Below, one piece after another: positions 40,265 through 52,944 of a DNA stretch of 64,000 bases; the stretch's first letter is position 1, and each line of letters begins with the position of its first letter. The stretch is taken from positions 52,514,001 through 52,578,000 of the forward strand of contig NC_043013.1 of NCBI RefSeq assembly GCF_006345805.1. Reading direction: 5' to 3'. Below the pieces are notes generated by a model. It was given only the letters and a program-made list of their open reading frames with translations, was not told where the DNA came from and did no database searches. Made by a program: the position numbers and the translations under genes. This DNA comes from Octopus sinensis. Taxonomy: Eukaryota.

Positions 40265-40390
40265 ATCATAGTCCTTCCTATTAACGGCACAAGGCCTGAA
40301 ATTTTGGAGGAGGAGTCTAGTCGATTGTATGGACCCCATTGTTCAACTGGTACTTATTTTATCGGTCCCCATGAGAATGAAAGTCAAAGT
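40265..40390 (-). mobile_element. SINE family B, 3' portion
   Basis: GGCACAAGGCCTGAAATTTTGG..GTCGATT..CAACTGGTACTTATTTTATCG. Confidence 0.7.
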
Positions 40391-40473
40391 ATTACACAAG
40401 GAAAGTGGTGTAAGAAATGTAAAATGTCCCACAGGTTCTTGGTTAGAGCTTATTCAGTACTAGCCATCGTGAG

Positions 40474-40523
<50 letters not shown>

Positions 40524-41448
40524 ACATTATCGTCATTATCACAGCTACAACCACCACCAACAGGAGCAGCGCCAGACGGTGCCACCACCATTTCCTTCGT
40601 CATCGTCACCATTGTCACTCTCGTCCCTACCACCACCACCACCGCTGCCACCACCACCTAGTCCATCAACGTCCTTGCCATCATCATCATCATCATCATA
40701 GTCGTCGTCATCTGCGACTTCATCAACAAGATCGTCATCACCTTCATTGCCATTGTCATCGTTGCCATCTTTGTCGTCATCCTACATCTCCTCCTGCTCC
40801 TCGTCTCCCTCCTTTTCCTCCTCGTCCTTGTCCTCCTCCTCCTCGTCCTCCTCGTCCTCCTCCTCGTCCTCCTCGTCCTCCTCGTCCTCCTCCTTCTTAT
40901 CATCACCCTCGCCGTCAACTCCTCTGCCATCCGCCATCCGACCGAACCCATCATAACTCGCCATAAAAACAAAACTTCACTTCATCTGAAAAACAATCAG
41001 AGAAAGTTAAACACTTTTGAAGAATTCCTTTGCCATCTCGTCTGACATAATAGCAGTGGTCAGTTTAAAATGTCCACACCTAACCTTTGACACTGAAAAG
41101 ATGACCAAGCAAAAGTTAATTTGTCGGGGTCAACCCTAAATTCAGGTGGCGAGTTTAGTTTTGGAATCAATAAACATCGCGAAAATATTGCAAGTTGCAT
41201 CTCGGCCCGGCCAAGAGATTTAGTGCCAGATTTCTTCAACTTTAATAAGCTCACACATACACACATACATACATATACATACATACATACATACATACAT
41301 ACATACATACATACATACATACTTACATACATACATACGTACGTACATACATACATACGTACATACATACATACGTACATATATACATACATACATACAC
41401 ATATTTGTGTGTGTGTACATATATTTATATGTATAGATATCTAGATAT

Positions 41449-41610
41449 CAGGTGTGGCCGTGTGATCATAGAGCTCCCTTTCAAACCATGCGGTTTTGAG
41501 TTCAGTCTCATTGTGTGGCACCTTAAGCTAGTGTCTTTTTCTATAGCGTCTGTCCGACCAATGAATGGCGAGTGAATTTGATTGAGAAAAACTGTGTGGG
41601 AACCCGTCAT
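41449..41610 (+). mobile_element. SINE family A, degraded 5' half
   Basis: GGTGTGGCCGTGTG..GAGTTCAGTCTCATTGTGTGGCACCTT..CCGACCAATG. Confidence 0.6.
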
Positions 41611-43036
41611 ATATATATATATATATATATTAATAATAATATGACAACAGAATGGATGAGACATCGATATTATGTCAATATATTATAACAACCAATTAGT
41701 TGGTTGTTATAATAAAACTCAGAGTTTTCGGATGCTGGGGCTGAAGTCTTTTCCGGGCATCTCATTAATTTGTCTTAATAACTGATGAGATGCCGGAGCA
41801 GTTGATATCCTTAAGATTACGATCGTTTCGCAGCCAGCGTCATGGAAAATTAATTCTTTTATTGTGTAATAAATTATTTTGCATGCCTGCACAATTGTAT
41901 AGTGTAAACAAGGCACAGAAAGCTAGCGCATCAGATCTATAAAATAGCATGATTACATCGGAGTTTCCTTTCTTGTTAAATCTCCTTTACATCCATGTAT
42001 TGAAAATTAGCTTATTAATTATTGTCTTCCATGCAATAATATTTGAAGATGGCTATTTGTATGTGTATATTGGGGTTTAAGATTCAATACAACCACGACA
42101 TTCTATAGATCTGATGAGCTAACTTGTAAAACACGCAATAGTTCTATGCAATTTATAACAAACACGAGTGCAGACGTAAAATAATTTATTATAAATTAAG
42201 ATGAATAATTTTCTCATGATGTTGGTATGGACATGATCGTAAACTTCTGGATATCAACTGGTAAAATAAATATATTCACCTCATACCTCCTGACTTTATA
42301 TTCCATATACTCCTAAGGATATAATCATTACAGATCGGATTTACTGGATTGTAACCGCATAAGACTCTACATTACACTCTAATTATTTGATTTACTATCT
42401 ACTTTGTAGCCGGGTCCACTTAAAGGAGCTTTTTTGTGAGTACCGCGGGATTAGATGAATCCATATATTGTACATTGTGTGTGTGAGGCATAAATAATTG
42501 TTGATTGACCTTCTATAAATATTGAATTATCGTGAGAAATGCTATCATCTTCCGAGGTCGTGCAAGGCCAGTCCACAAATCGAGTAAACAGAAATATGAA
42601 TGCACCTAACAAGGATATCAGAAACAGCTGTAAGTCTAAGATGCACAAATAAAGACATATGTAAAGCCTATTATTTTTGCCTCGCACTGTAAAAAAAAAC
42701 CTACGATATTAACTGGGGAATGCTATCATGGATTTACCAATTCGATTGGAGATGCTACCTTAAGATTACCTACAGTTCTATACCAATCGGAAAACCTTTT
42801 GTTTGCCTGGTGCATTTGTATTAGTAGAGAGCTTAAGAAGTATTTTACCGGGTGTGGAAATCTTTAAGAAATCTTTTGCACGAAATTTTGTCAGTGAACA
42901 GGTCGCGGTTTCAAAGCGACGAAAAAATTTTGACACAAATTAAATTTAAATGTTTAAGTGAATCTAACGGTTTTTGTGTTTTTAAATGGCTTATAAAATA
43001 CCTTCCACGCGTAAATTCTGTATATATATATATATA

Positions 43037-43278
43037 TATACTTTATTTAAAGCAGCAGAAAATTCAGCAAAACCTGTTACTCTGAGTTTCCAGTTGCCGT
43101 TCGTCGGACAGTTTTTGCTAGATTCTAGCAAAAACTGTCCGACGAACGGCAACGGGAAACTCAGAGTAACAGGTTTTGTTGAATGTTCTGCTGCTTTAAA
43201 TAAAGCATATTACTCTACCACTGGTATTTGAGTACTCTTTTTTGCACCTTGTTTCACATTTATGTGTTTACTCCGGTA
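43037..43278. mobile_element. Palindromic element: 82-bp inverted arms around position 43123 plus a one-sided tail; probable Penelope-like pseudo-LTR remnant
   Basis: Arms 43041-43122 and 43124-43205 have 3 mismatches. The left end abuts (TA)n; the right arm contains AATAAA (43199-43204) and continues about 70 bp to the next (TA)n. Confidence 0.75.
43129..43178 (+). ncRNA. Type I hammerhead-ribozyme-like motif (mirror copy on the minus strand at 43068-43117)
   Basis: CAAAAACTGT (stem I)-CCGACGA-A-CGGCAACGG (stem II)-GAAA-CTC-A-GAG-T-A (stem III, GUA site)-ACAGGTTTTG (stem I, 9 of 10 pairs). The core has U4 replaced by C. Confidence 0.5.
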
Positions 43279-44087
43279 TATATATATATATACACATATA
43301 TATACACACACACAAACGGTGGTCAGTTATCAGCTTTAAGCTTATAAAAAAATTATTATTTTACAGAAGTGCAAAATGCAGCACAGTTTATCAAATTATC
43401 GCAGGAAGCACAGATACTAGTTTGTTTAGAAAAAAACAATTCCATAAAATTATAGTTCTTAATCTCAGGAGAAAGCGTGGGTGTGTATGTTAGTATAAAT
43501 GGTAGCATACTCGTCGAAAAAACACAGAATTGCGTGTTCAAGTCTCCCTCACACGGTAAACCAACATTTTTCCGTCGAGAGCTTATGTACCCTAATATTA
43601 GACTATTTTCTTTAGTTAATACACGGTGATCGCTTACAAGCTTTAAGCTAATAGAAAATTATTATTACTTACAGAGATGTAAAATTCGGCACCGCTTATC
43701 ATCTCAACGCAGAAAATATATACAGAGAATTTGTTTTGTTTCTTTACCACCAGTTTGCTGCGGATAAGCGTCCTGGGAAAGCTCCCAGTGTTAAAGAATA
43801 CTGAATATCTCAACAATCCAAGACCAATCACCCGTCGAGATCGAAGGCGGAGGATATCGATATTTCGCTACGGTTCCAGTTCCTTAAGGTTATTTATGTG
43901 TTTCACCTCTCTGGGTCACAGACACACACAGACACACACACATGGCTCGAAACCGGACATCTTAACCACGTGAACGCACTCGACAGGTATTTGCGCATAT
44001 ATGTATACTAATACATACACACACGTACATCTGCATATGTAGAGACAAAGAGTCATCATACATTCACACACACACACACACACACAC

Positions 44088-44119
<32 letters not shown>

Positions 44120-44128
44120 CACACACAC

Positions 44129-44173
<45 letters not shown>

Positions 44174-44431
44174 TATATATATACATATATACACACATAT
44201 GTATATACATATATACATACATATATATATAGACGTGCATATATCTATACATACATATATGTATGTATATACACACACACACACATATATATATGTATAT
44301 GTGTGTGTGCGCGTGTAGGTATGTATCTGTATATGTACATACGGATATCGTGAGAGAAGAGGAGAAGACAGAGTATCAATAGTAAGAAGAAAGCAGAGAG
44401 GTGATAGATAGATAGATAGATAGATAGATGA

Positions 44432-44492
<61 letters not shown>

Positions 44493-44985
44493 TAGGGAGA
44501 GAGAGAGAGATAGTTGTATATATAGTGAGAGAAGGAGAAAAAAAGAAAGAAAGACAGAGAGAGAGAGAGGATGAGAGGGGAGAGGGAGAGGGAGAGAGAG
44601 AAAAGTAAGTGTAAAAGAAGATCAGGACATGGTGACATCCGGGTGGTAAGGAAACATTGTGTCAATTATGGTCGGCCTCACTCTGTCGTTGTATGGCAGT
44701 TGACATTCAACCGAGGTTGCCAACGCCACCATCACCAACACCACCACCGCCGCCGCAACCACTACTACGACCAACCAGTCAACAACTCCACCCACCCACC
44801 CACCCCTACATAACACCCCGAACACCCCGAACACGCCAGAAACATACCGTTTGTTCTAACTGAAATGCCATCGACGGGGTTGCGAGGATCCACGGTGTCT
44901 GCTCTAGAATTGACTCGATGGTCTTAACAATGGTGGCGGCGGTGATGGCTGCGATGGGTGGCGATGGTGGTGATGGTGGCGATGA

Positions 44986-45023
<38 letters not shown>

Positions 45024-45425
45024 GTGACTGTGGTTGTAGTGTAGGTGGTTATGTTGTTCTTGTTGATTGCAGTGGTTTTGGTGGTGGTGTTAGTGGTAGT
45101 GGTGATAGAAGTCATAGTGCTGGTTATACTGTAGTTTTTGGTGGTGGTGCTAATGGTTGTATTGGAGGTGGTGGTGGTGGTGGTGACAGTAGTGTTGGCA
45201 ATGGTAGTGTTGGTGGTGGTTGGTGGTGATGGTGGTTACAGCAGTGGTGGTTATGTTGTTGCTGATGGCTGTATTGGAGGTGGCGGTGGTGGTACTGATG
45301 GTAGTGCTGGAAGTGGTGGCAGTGGTGATGTTAGCCATTTCAATGATGGACTGCTAGTTATAGTTTTGGTGGTGTTCTATGCTGTGTTCGTAGCCTTTGT
45401 GGTGCTGATGATGGTGATGATGATA

Positions 45426-45460
<35 letters not shown>

Positions 45461-45480
45461 GGCTATGATGATGATGATGG

Positions 45481-45515
<35 letters not shown>

Positions 45516-45544
45516 GTTATGATGATGATATTGATGACGATGAT

Positions 45545-45918
45545 TGTTTGTTTGCTTGTTTGTTGAGCGAAGTGGTCTTTGTCCCAGTGCTGGGAAACGT
45601 GGTCCTTTCCTATTCGTAAGACCCGCAGAAGAGAAAGCAGGTCAACCCCCGACACTGAGAGCATCGACGGATGGATGAATGCGCATCCAGGCTCAGCGGT
45701 TGCGTAGGAAAACGGGGACTAGAAACAGGAAGAAAGAGTGGGAGAAAGTTGGAGCGAAAGAATACAACAGGGGTCGCCACCACCCCATGCCGTAGCCTCG
45801 TGGAGCTTTTAGGTGTTTTCGCTCAATAAACACACACAACGCTCGGTTTGGGAATCGAAACCGCGATCCTCCGACCGCGAGTCCGCTGCCATAACCATTG
45901 GGCCATTGTGTCTCCACT
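45545..45918 (-). mobile_element. tRNA(Arg-like)-derived SINE family D with (CAAA)n tail
   Basis: Minus strand: A-box TGGCCCAATGG and B-box GGTTTCGATTCCC, unique body, ends CAACAAACAAGCAAACAA. Single copy in the window. Confidence 0.75.
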
Positions 45919-46217
45919 GATGATGACGATGGTTATGATGATGGTAGTGATTGTAATGGTGGATATTTGTGGTGGTGTTGGTGGTGTTTATATTAATTTC
46001 GACTCACGCGGCGCTTAGTTTCATTCATGCAGGAGATGATGGCGATGGTGCAGTTGATGTGGTGTTAGTAGTTGTTGGTATCGATGCTGTGGGTGCCAAT
46101 ACAGGCTGTTGATCTTGTGGTTATTGTTGTTGGTGGTGTTGATGTCGACTGTGTTGTTGGTCGGTGTCGGGTCAGAGGTGGTTTCGATGTTGATCATGAT
46201 GCTGATGATGTTGGTAT

Positions 46218-46636
46218 CGGCGAGCTGGCAGAAACGTTAACACGCCGGGCGAAATGCTTAGCGGTATTTCGTCTGCGTTACGTTGTGAGTTCAAATTCCG
46301 CCGAGGTCGACTTTGCCTTTCATCCTTTCGGGGTCGATAAATTAAGTACCAGTTACGCACTGGGGTCGATGTAATCGACTTAATACCTATGTCTGTCCTT
46401 GTTTGTCTGCTCTATGATTAGCCCCTTGTGGGTAATAAAGAAATAGGTATTTCGTCTGCGTTACGTTGTGAGTTCAAATTCCGCCGAGGTCGACTTTGCC
46501 TTTCATCCTTTCGCGGTCGATAAATTAAGTACCAGTTACGCACTGGGGTCGATGTAATCGACTTAATACCTATGTCTGTCCTTGTTTGTCCCCTCTGTGT
46601 TTAGCCCCTAGTGGGTAATAAAGAAATAGGTATTTG
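46218..46636 (+). mobile_element. SINE family B (alternative-tail subtype), tandem dimer
   Basis: GGTATTT recurs at about 46264, 46447 and 46630 (period 183); the two units are nearly identical. Confidence 0.9.
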
Positions 46637-46671
46637 TTTGCAGGTGCAGACTTTATAATCAAGGATATTCC

Positions 46672-47075
46672 AGGAGCAGATGTGGCTGTGTGGTAAGAAG
46701 CTAGCTTCCCAACCACGTGGTTACGGGTTCAGTCCCTCTGCATGGTACCTTGGGCAAACTTTGTCTGCTATAACCTCAGGCTGACCAAAGCCTTCTGAGT
46801 GAATTTTGGAATTGTCTACACGGAAACTGTAAGAAGCCTGTCAATTCTATAAGTGTAAGTATGTCTATGTGTGTGTCTTTTCCTCACCACCGCTTGAAAA
46901 CCGGTATTGCTGAGTGTTTACGTTCTCGTAAATTAGCGGCTCGACAAACAGAGACCGATAGAATAAGTACCAGGCTTAAAGAAACGAAAATAAGTCCTGG
47001 GGTCAATTCATTCGGATGAAAAAAATTTCAAGACAGTGCTCCAGCATGGCTGCAGTCCAATGAGTGAAACAAAGG
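46672..47075 (+). mobile_element. SINE family A, diverged full-length copy
   Basis: Colinear with 36083-36502. Confidence 0.8.
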
Positions 47076-47855
47076 AAAGGTCAATGGTCATAGCGACAAT
47101 TCCGACCTTTCTCTCCATAAACCAAACCAAGTCATCCAATGTGTCCCTGTCTTTAAAGTAGTAAGAGGTGTGATACGAGGGAGATTTAGCTGCCATTTCT
47201 AAGTGAAAGACAACTCAGAGATTTCCTCTTTTGCCAGGCTGACTGATGTCCGTTGTGATGGTCATGCAGGCTTCTAAAAGAGCAGCGTTTATGACGGGGA
47301 ACCATTATCCGTTGCAAATGGCGATGAAGAAACTCATATTAAATGAGATGATTGATCAAGTCGCCAAATGATTAACCAAAAACATCTGATTAGCAAATTG
47401 GTTAAACGGTTAATTAGTTGAGGAATGATAATAATAATAAAAGTAGTGAAATAGCAGCAGCGCTTGTGTTTATTAATGTCATAATGTCTTTCCTGAGATA
47501 CAACAAAGGAATATCTTTTGATGGTAGTCTCACGTAACCCGAGGAAAATGGTTCTTCAATTTTGGGCTGCAACCTGCACAAATAATTTCTTGATAGTAAT
47601 AAAATGTCTGTATTGTACATTAGCACTCGCTTCCTTCCTCGAATCAACGTTACCTGAACGGTGTATCATGCGTCAAATTTCGAAGCGATAGCAAAACAAC
47701 GTGAAATGGAGTATTTTTGACTCAAGAGCACAATGCGTCAACGAGTCTAGGAATTGAAACCGCGTCGATAATGTGAGTCGATAGTAATTGTCTTTTTGTT
47801 ATTGTCTCTGTAAGAGTGGTAGATACCTCTGCCTCAACATTACTCTCCTGCAGGT

Positions 47856-48135
47856 AAAGGCACAGAGCTTAAGAGTTAGGATATTCGCCTCCCGACCATA
47901 TGATAGTGAGTTCAATTCCCGGCGACGCGTTGTGTCCTTGAGCAAGACACTTTATTTCACGGCGCTCCAGTCCACTCAGCTGGCAAAAATGAGTGGTACC
48001 TGTAATTCAAAGGGCCAGCCTTGTCATATTCCTTAGAACTACGTTGAGGTTATGCATGTCTGTAAAATGCTTTGCCAATTGCTCGTTAATTTCGCGAGTC
48101 AACGGGAACGCTCATCGTCGTAAGCGACGGAGAGC
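47856..48135 (+). mobile_element. SINE family C
   Basis: Shares GAGTTCAATTCCCGG..GCGTTGTGTCCTTGAGCAAGACACTTTATTTCACG..CTCCAGTCCACTCAGCTG with 17279. Confidence 0.8.
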
Positions 48136-48384
48136 CAGTACCACAACTGCAAATATTGACCAAAACCACGTCGAGCAGACGTAAGAAATTATCTCTGCAA
48201 TACAACCAACGATCAGCGACGAAAGAGGCCATGTCGGTGGGCTGGTGCAGTTATTTAACCCATGGCAAATTCACATTAAGCAGGTCTCTAACGAAAATCA
48301 TATCAACGGTGATCTTTACTACATTTTATTTGTATCTAAAGCCCTCACTCCATTTTTTAAGATGCAAAGGTATGATTTGATAAG

Positions 48385-48616
48385 CAATAATCCCTCATCA
48401 TATCGCGATTCACTTTTCACGGTTCACCTATCGCGGTTATTTAAGCTTACGTCGATTCCTCCGTTGTGTTGTTTTGCATTTATAAAATAAATATATATAC
48501 AATGTATAAAAATAATGATCAAAAATATACAGTACAGAACTGTTTCTACTTCATGGAGTTGCACCTATCGCGGAGTGTTTTGGAATGTAACACCCACGAT
48601 AGTCGAGGGATTACTG
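48385..48616. mobile_element. Tigger/pogo-like MITE, same family as 9084-9322
   Basis: CAATAATCCCTCA / CGAGGGATTACTG-TA ends and a shared internal GGTTCACCTATCGCGGTT..AAGCTTACGTCGATTCCTCCG. Confidence 0.85.
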
Positions 48617-48810
48617 TATATATATTTAGCTACTATTTTTAGCACTTTTACCGGCCACATACAATCCGCCTTCCCCGCTGCTGTTGGTGTTTTGGTGTTA
48701 TTATTTGTTGTTGCAGTTGTTATTGTTTAACCGAAGATCCGCATAGATTAAGTAGATTTCTAACCAAAGACGTCCCGGCAAGGGCCATGTTTTCTCGAAA
48801 GCATCTAAAA

Positions 48811-48990
48811 CAGCGATTTTCAACCGCAGGCCCTAGCCATGCATGTAGCTCTCAAGAACCCTTCGTCTTTAAATAACATTTGTTTTCTTTTATTGAATCC
48901 TTTAAAACTTTTCTTTTTGTGGTGCGGCCCTCGAAAAGAATCCATGTTTTGGTTCTGACCCAGATATTAAAAAAAGACAGAGAAACACTG
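48811..48990. mobile_element. hAT (Charlie-like) MITE
   Basis: Ends CAGCGATTTTC / GAGAAACACTG, with an 8-bp target duplication ATCTAAAA / ACCTAAAA (7 of 8 match). Confidence 0.7.
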
Positions 48991-49189
48991 ACCTAAAACC
49001 GATGAGATGATCTTGTTATTAATAGGACCGCGTGCAATCTGAGTGAAGTTTCGCTATTGTTTCTAGCAGGTGGGGCGCTGATTTAAGAGCCTTTAGTTGG
49101 TTGTTGGTTTTTGGTAGTCATACTAGTGACGATGTTGAATGGTGTCATAGGTCGAAGTACAAGTTATCATTATTGTTTATCTGTATGAT

Positions 49190-50115
<926 letters not shown>

Positions 50116-50409
50116 TGGTGGTAGAGGTGGAGAAAGTGTAAGGACGGTGGCAATGGAGAGGAAGATACATAAGGTTAGGTGATGCTTTATGCGAAGGTTA
50201 GGCCGACACAGATACTAGTTGTGTATAAGCACATTGGTCTGCTGATCTATTTTAGTGACGAGCTCAGACACACAAGACAACACCCCACCCCATCATTTTT
50301 GACCTTCAGCATCTTCACCCACACTCGCCTACTCACACTCGCAGTTTCTCTTCTAGCATATCTTTAAGTACACAATTCCATCCATCCATCCGTCCGTCCG
50401 TCCTGTCTG

Positions 50410-50479
<70 letters not shown>

Positions 50480-51225
50480 AATCTTATGCTTTTCTTTTCA
50501 CAGATAAACCTAATCTTGCTTTTTACACTTTAGAATTTTTTCTGTGATACACGATCCCTTTTGAAGGTTCTTTTTTCTTCTCACGTTGACTTTTCTTGCC
50601 GTTTTATAGGTTTTGCCGTGGTTTAGTTTTCGTAATTGTGCAGTTTGTACATATTGGCGGTTGTTTATGTCCTAAAGTTTTTAAAGATGATCGTTTGCGT
50701 GTTCGGCCAGAGAAAATTGTGCATATGTCAGAATTTCAACTTGGTTTGGATGAAATTTTTGTCGTGCGTTCCAAGGTGTTTGAATAAAAGGTGTATTTAC
50801 ATATTCGAGTAGTCAAGGAGGAAAGAAGGGCATAATTTTCACAGAGAATTGTAGTTATTAAATTTTTAAAAAAATTTTCTAATGATGATCGTCTGTCGGG
50901 GGTTGGGGTGAGCTGTAGTGTTCTTGTACTAAAAGGACGTTTACATGTTCGAATACTCGGGAAATGAAAAGCATTCACCAAAAGTTCTAGGTTTTAAAGT
51001 TTCATTGTTTTTAAAGATAATCGTTTGTTTGTTCGGCCAGAAAAAAATTGCGGACATGCAAGATTTTCAAATTGTTTTGAAGGAAATTTAAAATACTAAA
51101 AGTATTCAATTTTTTTAAGAGTTATTTTACACTTGTTATGCTGGGTTGTATTACTGTTTCTGTGTTTTCGGCTGCTGGCTGGTCGGTATAGCGAAAATCG
51201 TCCAAGCGCTAAGGCTGCGCTGCCG

Positions 51226-51278
<53 letters not shown>

Positions 51279-51285
51279 CATCATT

Positions 51286-51424
51286 GAGTGAGAGAGCAGT
51301 GCATGCCATCAGAGTGACACGGGTAAAATATACGAAGCTCAGTATACCCATCATGACGACCTGTCTGAGAAGGGTACACTAGGTACATGCATCACAACCA
51401 CATGTGCACGACATGGTGATCTAA

Positions 51425-51425
<1 letters not shown>
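51286..51425 (-). mobile_element. Family T, 5'-truncated copy inside a (TAA)n tract
   Basis: Reverse complement matches 4980-5118 (ACCTAGTGTACCCTT..GTCATGATGGGTAT..GCACTGCTCTCTCA); (TAA)n on both sides. Confidence 0.75.
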
Positions 51426-51521
<96 letters not shown>

Positions 51522-51522
<1 letters not shown>

Positions 51523-52815
51523 TTTTTTTTTCTTCTTTCAAATTTGCTTCCATTTCTTGCCGAGTGTCTTCCCGACTCCTAGGGCAAAGAAACTCATAGT
51601 ATACATTGGTAGGCCATTAAACCAAACTCAATAATTCGTTCATTTTTTTTTTTTTAAGTTAAATTAAAATACATGAGCAGCAACAGTTCTCACATCGACA
51701 ATGCTCTTCTCAAAACGTGTGATGTACCAGTTAAGACAATCTTTTGCACTTCTTGCAGGGATGGTAAGCCAGGGATCATTCTCATATAATTTTCGGTTCC
51801 CTTCTTGATCATTCCTAGTGCTCCTACGATCACTGGTATTGTAACCGCCTTGAGATGCCACATTTTCTCAATTTCAATGAGTAGGTCTTTATATTTTCTG
51901 AGCTTGTCAAACTCTTTCGCTGAGATATTATGATCACAGGGGATGCTCATGTCGATCAATAAGCAAACTTTATTGTTTTGGTCTTTCACAATAATATCTG
52001 GTTTATTGGCCTTGATGGTTCGGTCTGTATGTATTGGAAAGTCCCACAGAATGGTTACATTTTCTCCTTCAGTTACAGCCTCAGGGTGGTGATTATACCA
52101 CTTGTCGGCAGTTTTGATATTGTAATGCCGACTTATTAGCCAGTGTAGATATTGGCCAACTCTGTCATGTCTTAATTTATACTCCACTGGAGCTAAGACT
52201 TTACATCCAGAGATTAGGTGGTCCACTGTTTCAATCATGTCGTTGCAGAATCGGCATTTTGGGTCTGCTCCATTTTTCATCACATTTTCCTGGTAGTTCC
52301 AGGTTAATAGGCTTTGATCTTGAGCAGCCAGGATGAAACCTTCGCTCTCTGCTTTTAGCCCTGAGTTCCGTAGCCACTGATGGGTTTGCTTCTGGTCAAC
52401 ATCAGCTTGTTTGCTGCGGGTCACATATTTGCCGTGCAGAGGTTTCTCCTCCCACCTATCAGCCAATTGCTCGTGCGCTTTTTTCGTTGCCATTATTTTC
52501 ACCTTCTTTGCAACAATAATTGCCGTACTTCCCTCGGGTTGTTCTGTTGGGTATCCTGCACGAGATCAATAGCAAATTTTTGCTTTCCTTTATGATAGAA
52601 TGAAGCTTCTTTCGTCTCTCGTGATTTTCCACGAGCTTTAGCATCCAGTCATTCGATATTTCGAGATATTTGGCCAGTCCAATTGTGGTTGTTTTGTAAG
52701 CTAGTTCAAATTGGATCAGGCCTCGACCTCCTTGGGCTCTGGGAAGGTAAAGGTGATCTACGTCTGCCTTTGGGTGGTGCATCCTATTACAACTCAGCAG
52801 CTTATTACAACTTCT
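51522..52815 (-). mobile_element. R4/Dong-clade non-LTR retrotransposon, 5'-truncated 1.3-kb copy in (TAA)n
   Basis: Coding remnant plus about 170 bp of 3' UTR ending A-rich then (TAA)n; (TAA)n also at the 5' junction. Confidence 0.95.
51690..52815 (-). pseudogene. R4/Dong ORF C-terminus: RT thumb, CCHC zinc knuckle and PD-(D/E)xK restriction-like endonuclease
   Basis: MHHPKADVDHLYLPRAQGGRGL; after a frameshift near 52500-52580, KPLHGKY, AAQDQ, C-x2-C-x8-H-x4-C (CRFCNDMIETVDHLISGC), RHD, KPDIIVKD..LIDMSIP..K and QKIVLTGTSHVLRRAL. The last 270 codons are uninterrupted. Confidence 0.95.
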
Positions 52816-52824
52816 ATTATATTC

Positions 52825-52891
<67 letters not shown>

Positions 52892-52906
52892 ATTATTATT
52901 ATCATT

Positions 52907-52944
<38 letters not shown>

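Noticed and set aside
38878-40339. Long ORFs of 295-448 aa (also 55816-56602, 49101-50182, 26037-27005, 31235-31996)
   Set aside because: They are translations of (AAT)n, (GAT)n, (TA)n, (CA)n and (TTC)n tracts that lack stops by composition.
41680-41800. Additional hammerhead remnant (GATGC..GCATC-CGAAAACTCTGAGT on the minus strand; CTGATGAGATGCC on the plus strand)
   Set aside because: The core is doubly mutated on one strand, GAAA is missing on the other, and there is no stem I; at most a decayed relic.
51690-52502. Domesticated stand-alone nuclease gene
   Set aside because: The ORF continues upstream via frameshift into the RT thumb, has a retroelement 3' UTR and tail, and starts at an internal GTG; it is a 5'-truncated retrotransposon copy.
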